Below the pieces are notes generated by a model, which saw only the letters and a list, made by a program, of their open reading frames with translations, had not been told where the DNA came from and searched no databases. From Candidatus Acidiferrales bacterium (lineage in GTDB: Bacteria; Acidobacteriota; Terriglobia; Acidiferrales; UBA7541): 64,000 nt of DNA. How positions within the stretch are numbered: the first letter of the stretch is position 1; every line of letters starts with the position of its first letter. The DNA lies in the NCBI GenBank assembly GCA_035946455.1, contig DASYZK010000010.1:6340-70339 (forward strand). The letters are read 5' to 3'. Below, one piece after another: positions 38,089 through 45,167 of the stretch. The translations under genes and the position numbers were made by a program.

Positions 38089-39735
38089 TCATAGGGGAGG
38101 GCCGCCCGTAACATTCACGGTCACGCTCAGCGACGCCGATCCGCTCAGCGTCTTCGTCACATCGGACGCGCATGTTTCAGTGCCGCTCACCGAAACCGTG
38201 TAGTGATACTTGCCGGGCGCCGCCCTTGCCGGCAAAGGGAAATCCGGCGAGAAGTAGCCCTCTTGCCAAAAGGAATCAATAGCAACCGTGAGAGACCTTG
38301 CCACGTCCGATATCTGCCAGTTCATCTGGTCGTCATCGGGCTCAAAGTGCGTGAGTACGACGTTGTAAGCACTCTCGACTCCACGTGTGTAGTTGGGGAA
38401 ATACGAAGGCCCGATGAGGCTCACCGTCACCATGCTCTGATCGCGTCCGCCAAGTCCTATCTCGCCCGTCGCGACAATTCCGGAACCATCGGTGCTGAAT
38501 GACGCAAAGTTCGCAACCGCCATTGGAAACGGAAACTCCGCCTGAAGGGATTGGGGCAGCCCCTTGTTTCGAAATGAGATGCGTGCGGGCAATCTCTGCA
38601 AAAAGCTGCTCAGAACTCCCGTCACCGCGCCCGAAACCTCACCAACTCCGTACTCAACCAGCCCCAGTGCAGCCAGCAGAAGGAGCCCAACCTTCGGCAC
38701 GAACAAACTCACGAACCACCCCGCGAACCACTGCAGGTCACTTCCCGCCGAGACGGAATTGGAGCTGGACACAACCGCCGGCATGTGTTGCACCGTCCCC
38801 GGCCGCTGCGAGATTCCCAGGTCTTCCGTCAGCCTTGCCGTTGTCGGGACGCTCCCCGGAAGGAGCCCGGAGAACACAGTCGTCACCGCACCCGACCCAT
38901 CCACCTGAACCGTCGCCTTATTCAGCGTAAAGTCCTTCTCGGCAGCCTTGGACACCAAATCCGGCATCATCGCGTCCAGAATCAACTGAAGAGTGCCCGT
39001 GGGCACCGACAATGCAAATGAAAACATCGGCAGCGACGCTGGGTCTACGAACGGAAGTACAGGCACGTTCGGTGGCGGCGCGAGCCCGAAGGATTGCGCC
39101 GCCACATCAAGCGTAAGCCTGGGCAAAGGGAAGTCCTGTGACGGCTGCTGCAGCTCATTCTCAGGAAAATTCGCATCCAGAATCCAGAGCCCAATTCGTG
39201 GCGTCGTCGTTTCCGAGACTTGCAGAGCACTCGGACCAACCACAACCTTGTTTATGCTCGCAAGCTTCCCAATCAGCGACATCGACTCAATCCGTTTGGC
39301 AATGCTGCTCAAATACTTTTGCACATCCGGTTTACTGGGGTCGATCGAATATGCCGTTACGAGGTCTATCAACACGGCGGGCGCTTCAAGCCGCGGCCCG
39401 GCAGTCACGGTCAACACTTTCGTTACGGGAACTCCCGCGTCCGAATTCACGGTGACCGTCAGCGTATGCGGATCCGTCCCGCTCGTGATCTGAACCGTCG
39501 CGGTGAAATTGACAATGACAAGCTGCCTGTTCGGGATATGCTTTAGCGTCGCGTTCACCGCGGGCACCGCGTCAATCTGTACTGTCACCGACTCAATCCC
39601 CACCGGCTCCGTCCCAGCCGGAGCAGTCACCTGGCCAGTCACTGAAAAAGGCGCGCTGCCCACAACGGCGTATTGTTGCGGCGAGGAGACGACCAGAGTA
39701 GGAACTCTGCTCGGCATGACCCAGAATCCTAGCAC
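38089..39735 (-). CDS. orphan 548-aa protein (beta-rich Ig-like ends, central hydrophobic segment)
   Basis: Balanced, less GC-driven composition. N-terminal SAPFSVTGQVTAPAGTEPVGIESVTVQIDA...TLTVTVNSDAGVPV. Central WFAGWFVSLFVPKVGLLLLAALGLVEYGV. C-terminal KYHYTVSVSGTETCASDVTKTLSGSASLSVTVNV. No family recognised. Start is GTG 39735 or ATG 39717. Confidence 0.65.
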   Translation of the reverse strand: MLGFWVMPSRVPTLVVSSPQQYAVVGSAPFSVTGQVTAPAGTEPVGIESVTVQIDAVPAVNATLKHIPNRQLVIVNFTATVQITSGTDPHTLTVTVNSDAGVPVTKVLTVTAGPRLEAPAVLIDLVTAYSIDPSKPDVQKYLSSIAKRIESMSLIGKLASINKVVVGPSALQVSETTTPRIGLWILDANFPENELQQPSQDFPLPRLTLDVAAQSFGLAPPPNVPVLPFVDPASLPMFSFALSVPTGTLQLILDAMMPDLVSKAAEKDFTLNKATVQVDGSGAVTTVFSGLLPGSVPTTARLTEDLGISQRPGTVQHMPAVVSSSNSVSAGSDLQWFAGWFVSLFVPKVGLLLLAALGLVEYGVGEVSGAVTGVLSSFLQRLPARISFRNKGLPQSLQAEFPFPMAVANFASFSTDGSGIVATGEIGLGGRDQSMVTVSLIGPSYFPNYTRGVESAYNVVLTHFEPDDDQMNWQISDVARSLTVAIDSFWQEGYFSPDFPLPARAAPGKYHYTVSVSGTETCASDVTKTLSGSASLSVTVNVTGGPPL

Positions 39736-40289
39736 AAGCCTCGCTCACTTGTACCAGAAGTGGACGGGGCGGGTTGCACCCCGATCCCGCGCTCGTAAAG
39801 CCTATGCTCGCCCGGCTGACCCATTGACAAGCGAACGTTTGTGGCGGGGCGCGACGTGTAATCGCAAGCGGGGTGACGATTCCCGTTGGGATGGATGCGG
39901 AGATTCTTGTGGGGGCGGAGCATCCACATACTCCCACTTCCGACGTCTGGCACGAGCTTGAGTGGGCCGGAAAGGAGTGCATGCCATGTGCCCGCATCAC
40001 GTTCCAGACCGGCAAACGGCTCCAAACGGCGTGCGATTCGTCATCCGATTGCGGGTGCCTTCTCGAACAGACCCAGCCTCTGTCGAAGACCACACGCTCC
40101 AGCGAAACCTTCACGCGAGGTTGGTGGCTTGTAACCGAGAGATAAGAAACGCGAGAAATGTCACGGTGATAATGCGGTATCGCTACGGCTAGATCCGTTG
40201 CCTCGCATGACCGAAGGGTGCCTCTTGAGGATGCAAGGCAGGCTGCGGCGCGAGCGGTAGTGCCGTCTGGCCAACCACCCCATGAGACC

Positions 40290-40325
40290 ACGTCACAATC
40301 GGCCTTATGACGTAAATTGTGACGT
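40290..40325. repeat. inverted repeat ACGTCACAAT-N16-ATTGTGACGT with a third TGACGT inside
   Basis: Arms 40290-40299 and 40316-40325 are perfect. TGACGTAA lies at 40308-15. The repeat sits about 140-170 nt inside the attR-like copy. Confidence 0.5.
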
Positions 40326-40461
40326 AGCCTTCTTGCGTCCGCCCCCAATTGCACCACTATGCAGCAGTTGCAGGAAAGCCCATAAAATGGAGCGAAATCA
40401 CTGTTCCGCTCTGCATTCCAGCCTATCGCTGGGTATCGCTGCTATTTCCCTTTTCTAAATG

Positions 40462-40504
40462 GACACGGTAGAGGTCTACGGTTCGAATCCGTACGGGCCT
40501 ACCA
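40462..40504 (+). repeat. attR-like copy of the 43-nt tRNA-Val 3' segment
   Basis: Exact copy of 37379-37421. The 5' half of the tRNA is absent here. Confidence 0.75.
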
Positions 40505-40516
40505 AATTCTTGCGCC

Positions 40517-40657
40517 ATGGGTTTTCTCTACGTCCTCCAAAGCCAATCTTCCCGCCGCTTCTACGTCGGTTCCGCCAGCGACCTGGATCGTCGCCTCGCC
40601 GCACATCGTCGCGATCAGGGAATGGCTCCTTTGTCCATGTATGACTATATTGGTTGA
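40517..40657 (+). pseudogene. truncated GIY-YIG gene (46 codons)
   Basis: MGFLYVLQSQSSRRFYVGSASDLDRRLAAHRRDQG has canonical GIY...YVG motifs. It then diverges (MAPLSMYDYIG-stop). It lies 12 nt after the attR-like repeat, the same spacing as the intact copy. Confidence 0.6.
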
Positions 40658-40679
40658 CCATGATATGCTGTTATGGTCA
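40655..40679. promoter_or_regulatory. inverted repeat TGACCAT-N11-ATGGTCA, possible antitoxin operator
   Basis: Perfect 7-bp arms immediately upstream of the AGGAGG and ATG (40694) of the Phd/YefM gene. TTGACC at 40654-40659. Confidence 0.3.
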
Positions 40680-40693
40680 GAAGGAGGCCGGTG

Positions 40694-40960
40694 ATGCCGG
40701 GCCGCGGCAAGAAGTCCATCCATGAGGTGGCTATCTCCGAATTCAAAGCGAAGTGCCTCGCTCTACTGGAGCAGGTGAGCAAAACAAAAACCCCGCTTCG
40801 TGTGACCCGGCGCGGTAAAGCCATTGCGGATGTGGTTCCCCCGGCCGCGGCCCCAGAGGAAAGGGATTGGATTGGGTCGATGTCCGGCTCGATCGAGATC
40901 GCAGGCGACATCATTTCTCCGATCATTGACACTCAAGAAATCGAGGCGCTGAATCGGTGA
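40694..40960 (+). CDS. type II antitoxin, Phd/YefM family
   Basis: SIHEVAISEFKAKCLALLEQVSKTKTPLRVTRRGKAIADVVP. AGGAGG lies 7 nt upstream of the ATG. Confidence 0.85.
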   Translation: MPGRGKKSIHEVAISEFKAKCLALLEQVSKTKTPLRVTRRGKAIADVVPPAAAPEERDWIGSMSGSIEIAGDIISPIIDTQEIEALNR

Positions 40961-41346
40961 GGCTCTTGCTGGACACCCACATCTGGCTTTGGAGCTTGGC
41001 GGAACCCAAGCGGCTCTCACGGCGGGTGCAACACGAGCTGAGAGACGCGAACAATGAGCTGTGGCTATCTCCCGTCAGCACGTGGGAAGCGCTTCTGCTG
41101 CATGCCAACGGTCGAATTCGCCTGCAAGACGACCTTCAGGATTGGGTAGTCAATGCGACCGCGCACTTCCGCGAGGCGCCTCTCACGCATGAAATCGTGG
41201 TCGCAGCCCACGAACTGCCCCTTCCTGACCAAGATCCCGCAGATCGCCTCCTGACGGCGACGGCGGGGACGCTTGGCTTGACGCTTGTAACTGCCGACGA
41301 CCGGCTATTGGGCTTGGGAAAGATTGCGACGCTGGCAAATCGGTGA
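40957..41346 (+). CDS. vapC: type II toxin, PIN-domain VapC
   Basis: GTG start overlaps the antitoxin stop (GTGA). Motifs LLDTHIWLW...SPVSTWE...LTLVTADDRLL carry the PIN acidic residues. Confidence 0.88.
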   Translation: MRLLLDTHIWLWSLAEPKRLSRRVQHELRDANNELWLSPVSTWEALLLHANGRIRLQDDLQDWVVNATAHFREAPLTHEIVVAAHELPLPDQDPADRLLTATAGTLGLTLVTADDRLLGLGKIATLANR

Positions 41347-41765
41347 ATCTAGTGCCTGGCCCAATAGCGCTCTCGCGTTCTAACGGGGAGTGACCGGGAT
41401 GCCGGTACTATCAAAACAAGACGCGGCTCAGAATTCTAGAGAGTGGCGCTCGGCCGGTCTCACCGCAGGCGACCCACCACCAGCGAGTTGGCTGCCTCGA
41501 TGAATGTCTCCTTCAAACTCGGTGCCATCCAGGCCCGCTCTCGTCGAATTCGCCTGCGGAAGATCGGCGGACACCCATCACTCGTGTGCCGTCAGGCTCA
41601 ATGCAACGGGCGTTGCGAGGCCGAAACGATTGTACCCACCGCGCTGGTGCCGGGCGGGTTTTCCCGGCAACGGTTTCGTTCGGTCCCTTTGCCTCGCCGT
41701 CGCTGGCTTCGTTTGTTCCTGACTCGTCGATGAACGAATGGCGCCCTGGAAGTCCTGTGTCTTAC

Positions 41766-42008
41766 TTAGGCGGCAGCCCGCTGTTTGCGGATTTTCGCCC
41801 AGCGGGCTCTCTGGGCATCGGCAATCCTCTTCCGCGCGGCAGCGGAGAGCCTTCTTCGCACCCTGGGTCTCCCCCCTCGCGCCGGCCGGGAATGATTCCC
41901 GGCCAACTTCCCGATCGCCGCGATGGCGCCATCCAAGCGATCGAGTTCCCGCTTGGTGCGCTTACGCTCTTCTTTCAACTGGTGCAGCATCGGACCAAGA
42001 TTGGCCAT
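41766..42008 (-). CDS. small basic coiled-coil hypothetical protein (80 aa)
   Basis: GGGAGAAAC lies upstream of the ATG. LHQLKEERKRTKRELDRLDGAIAAI followed by RRLSAAARKRIADAQRARWAKIRK. An AT-rich putative promoter region lies upstream (42030-42130). Confidence 0.45.
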   Translation of the reverse strand: MANLGPMLHQLKEERKRTKRELDRLDGAIAAIGKLAGNHSRPARGGRPRVRRRLSAAARKRIADAQRARWAKIRKQRAAA

Positions 42009-42287
42009 GTTTCTCCCTTTGTCGCGCCACCAACTATTGGAAGTGAACCACGGTCAAATACTATATACAAACTTCCTGCAAATTACACCGGTACCCATGA
42101 AATATTCTCTTTGCATACGTTAGTGCATCGAGCAACGACATAGGTTAGGCCGCGTGCGGCCATGTAGCTTCCCTGCTGCCAGCACTGTGCGAAGCCGAAG
42201 GCGGCAGTTAGCCGGCGCGCCGCCATGGGTGGGCCCGTTCGGTCAGCGGAGTTGGTCCCGGAGCGCGCGATGTGAGCGGGATTGCCC

Positions 42288-42324
42288 CGCAGCGGACCGG
42301 GGGGTGTTCTTCCGGCCCGCTGCG
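42288..42324 (-). terminator. hairpin downstream of htrA (no U tract)
   Basis: CGCAGCGGACCGG / CCGGCCCGCTGCG form a 13-bp stem with one mismatch and an 11-nt loop. The hairpin lies 20 nt after the TAA at 42344-46. Confidence 0.3.
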
Positions 42325-42343
42325 AAAGGAACAGCGGCAGGAA

Positions 42344-43864
42344 TTACTGGCCGCCGCTCGGGCTGATGACAACGTAGATGGTCTGGCCGCCGCGGTTGAC
42401 GAGCAAGAGGATCGGGGAGCTACCCGCTTGTTGGACCGCTTGGTCAAACTCCACCGGGTTCGATACCGGTTTGCGATTCACTTGCTGGATGACGTCGCCC
42501 CGTTGCAGAGTTCCCGCCGCGGGACTGCTCGGGTCGACGGCGGCAATGACGACGCCCCGAGTATTGGCCGGCAGGCTCAATTGTTGAGCGAGCTCCGGAG
42601 TCAAGGCCTGGACCTTCACACCGGTCATCGCGCTGCCCTGCGGCGTGCTCTGTCCCGGCAACGCCGAGTTGGCCGCAGTAGCTTCGCCCAGAACCACGGC
42701 TACCTGGCGGGTGGTACCGTTGCGGAATACCTCCAGATGCACTGTCGCGCTGGGTCCTGCTTGAGCCACCTTGAGTGACAAGTCCTGCATGTTGGTCAGT
42801 GGTTCGCCGTTGAACTTCAGGATGATATCGCCCTGCTCGATGCCGGCTTTGGCGGCGGGGCTCCCGGCCTCGACGCTGGCGACCAGCGCGCCTTCGGGCG
42901 CCGGGAGGCCGAATTTCTTGGCGAGTTCCGGAGTCACCGTCTGGATGTAGACGCCAAGATGGCCGCGAGTCACCTTGCCATGCTCGACAATTTGATTCAT
43001 CACGTTACGAGCCAGGTCGACTGGAACCGCGAAACCGATCCCGACGTTGCCTCCTCTGCCGTCTCCGCTGGTGAGGATCGCGGTATTGATGCCGATCACC
43101 TGACCGCGGGTATCGAGCAACGCGCCGCCGGAATTGCCGGGGTTGATGGCCGCATCGGTCTGAATGAAGTCTGTGTAGCTCGACGGACCTTCGATATTCA
43201 AATCGTTCCGGCCCTTGGCGCTGATGATGCCCATGGTCACGGTTTCGCCCACGCCGAACGGATCCCCGATCGCGAACACGATGTCGCCCACCCGGATTTG
43301 AGTTGAATCACCCAGCGGCAGCGCCGTCAGTCCGTTTGCATCGATCTTCAGCACGGCGAGGTCGGTCTGAGGGTCGGTGCCGAGGACTTTGGCTTTCAAT
43401 TGGCGTTTGTCGCTCAGCGTCACTCGCACGTCGTCAGCCCCGGCGACGACGTGATTGTTCGTCAGGATCAAGCCGTCAGGCCGCACAATGACGCCCGAGC
43501 CAAGCGCATATTCCTTTTCGGGAACCGCCGAACCCGGATTCTGGTTGCCGAAGAATTGTTGAAAAAGCGGATCGTTGAAGAACGGAGTCCACATGTTTCG
43601 GCGCTGGACGACTTTCGTGGTGGAGATGTACACCACGCCGGGCAATGCCGGTTGAATGACTGGCGCAAAACTATAAGGCAGTGGCGTGATGGGTGAGCTG
43701 GGCGCTGCATTGTTCGCCAGCGCCGGCCCAAGAAGGCCTCGGGTGGTAAACGGCGGATAGCCGTTCCGCGCCGCCCACGAGCCAAGAACCCCTCCAGCCA
43801 CCACTCCACCCAACACCACCGCAATCACGAATGTCCACCGGGAGCGAATGGCGTCTTTCTGCAT
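42344..43864 (-). CDS. htrA: Do/HtrA-family periplasmic serine protease with two PDZ domains
   Basis: Start taken at MQKDAIRSRW (AGGAGG upstream). Catalytic motifs TNNHVV, DLAVLKI and GNSGGAL. PDZ-like GALVASVEAGSPAAKAGIEQGDIIL and GVVIAAVDPSSPAAGTLQRGDVI. Confidence 0.92.
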   Translation of the reverse strand: MQKDAIRSRWTFVIAVVLGGVVAGGVLGSWAARNGYPPFTTRGLLGPALANNAAPSSPITPLPYSFAPVIQPALPGVVYISTTKVVQRRNMWTPFFNDPLFQQFFGNQNPGSAVPEKEYALGSGVIVRPDGLILTNNHVVAGADDVRVTLSDKRQLKAKVLGTDPQTDLAVLKIDANGLTALPLGDSTQIRVGDIVFAIGDPFGVGETVTMGIISAKGRNDLNIEGPSSYTDFIQTDAAINPGNSGGALLDTRGQVIGINTAILTSGDGRGGNVGIGFAVPVDLARNVMNQIVEHGKVTRGHLGVYIQTVTPELAKKFGLPAPEGALVASVEAGSPAAKAGIEQGDIILKFNGEPLTNMQDLSLKVAQAGPSATVHLEVFRNGTTRQVAVVLGEATAANSALPGQSTPQGSAMTGVKVQALTPELAQQLSLPANTRGVVIAAVDPSSPAAGTLQRGDVIQQVNRKPVSNPVEFDQAVQQAGSSPILLLVNRGGQTIYVVISPSGGQ

Positions 43865-44238
43865 GGCTAACCTCCTGAAGAATGTTCCGCGGGAGCGGGG
43901 GTGCTCCCCCCGTTCCCTGTAGTGTAATCGATTCCCTGGCCCGAATGAAATAGCACTACAACTTGTAACATACTTCCTATCCCGCGCACAAATCGTCAAT
44001 ATCCTCCCTCCCCTTCTCCTTGATGCGCGCAGGGGCGAAGCGGGTCGCTTGGTCGTTGCCACCGGTCTCGCCGCTCGGGGCACCCGCCCAGAATGGCGCC
44101 ACGAGCGGGGGCGGGGGTAGAATAGGCTTTCGAGCGGAAGGTTTCCGGGCGCAGCCCACCAAGGCTGAGCACCGCCTCCGGCGTTTCGCTTCGACACTGT
44201 TGCAACGTAGTACCTGACTGGTTCGCTCGCTTGTCCCT

Positions 44239-44253
44239 GCTCTCGACGAGAGC
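44239..44253. promoter_or_regulatory. perfect palindrome GCTCTCG-A-CGAGAGC upstream of the SOD gene
   Basis: Read directly. Lies 68-82 nt upstream of the ATG at 44321. Function unknown. Confidence 0.25.
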
Positions 44254-44320
44254 GTGCCGCCCGGAGACGCGACCTCTCAGTGAATTCCGCTATCGAAGGA
44301 TCTGAATCCACAAGGAGGAC

Positions 44321-44980
44321 ATGATGGCTGATTCGACTGGTCCGCAAACCGCTCACGTTTATCCCCACCAACTGCCTCCGCTGCCTTATCCCTATGACGC
44401 TCTGGAACCCTATATCGACAAGACCACCATGGAGATCCATTACACGAAACACCATGGCGGCTACGTCAACAATCTCAACAAAGCCCTCGAGAACCAGCCC
44501 GACCTGCAAAAGCTCTCGGCGGTGGAGTTGCTCTCGAAGCTCAACCAGGTGCCCGAATCGATCCGTACCGCGGTGCGCAACAACGGCGGGGGCCATCTGA
44601 ATCATTCCCTGTTCTGGAAACTGATGAAACATCCCGAAGGCGGCGGCGCCGGCGAACCGCACGGCGATTTGGCGGGAGCCATCGGGAAAGCCTTCGGCAG
44701 CTTCAACGATTTCAAGCAGAAATTCGCCGCCGCGGCGCTCGGGCGGTTCGGCTCGGGATGGGCTTGGCTGATGCTCCGGGGCGGACAGGTGGTGATCGAA
44801 TCGACCGCGAATCAGGACAATCCGGTGATCGACGGCGGCCGGCCCGTTCTCGGTTTGGACGTCTGGGAACATGCTTACTACCTGAAGTATCAAAACCGCA
44901 GAAACGAGTACATCGAGGCCTGGTGGCACGTCGTCGACTGGAAGCAGGCCGAGCAGAATTACCACGACGTGAGGAAGTAA
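44321..44980 (+). CDS. Fe/Mn superoxide dismutase
   Basis: [36 protein letters not shown]...HSLFW...GSGWAWL...[18 protein letters not shown]. Confidence 0.93.
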   Translation: MMADSTGPQTAHVYPHQLPPLPYPYDALEPYIDKTTMEIHYTKHHGGYVNNLNKALENQPDLQKLSAVELLSKLNQVPESIRTAVRNNGGGHLNHSLFWKLMKHPEGGGAGEPHGDLAGAIGKAFGSFNDFKQKFAAAALGRFGSGWAWLMLRGGQVVIESTANQDNPVIDGGRPVLGLDVWEHAYYLKYQNRRNEYIEAWWHVVDWKQAEQNYHDVRK

Positions 44981-45167
44981 ACGGTAGCCGCCGATTGGGC
45001 AGAGACAATCCGCGGAGGGCGCGGCCGAGCCCGCTCTGCCGCCGCCCGCAGCACCCCCGTGGCCGCGCTGGCGGGCGCGGGGAGATGAGGGCCGGCCCTG
45101 CTCGTACGCTCCGCATCGGCGGCCCGCGCGGGCTGAGCGCTGGCAGCAAGCGCGCTTTGCGCCAGGC

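Larger units (their letters stand above)
37379..40504. mobile_element. integrase-less genomic islet at tRNA-Val bounded by 43-nt direct repeats
   Basis: Direct repeats of the tRNA 3' half. The interior looks less GC-rich and carries an orphan ORF and about 720 nt with no convincing ORF. No recombinase gene seen. Confidence 0.5.

Noticed and set aside
39593-40357. 254-aa minus-strand ORF as a possible eroded tyrosine integrase (HGMHSFPAH vs HxLRHSFATH; VSLERVVF vs VDLERxxx)
   Set aside because: The resemblance rests on a few residues with wrong spacing. The composition is shadow-like, and its 3' part overlaps the 548-aa gene out of frame. It cannot be supported without a profile search.
43865-44965. 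Upstream 367 codons of the 873-aa track ORF 42344..44965 fused to htrA
   Set aside because: The protease has its own ATG with AGGAGG at 43864 and an N-terminal TM segment. The extension is Arg/Pro/Gly-rich and runs antisense through the SOD gene. It is a GC-driven open frame, not coding.
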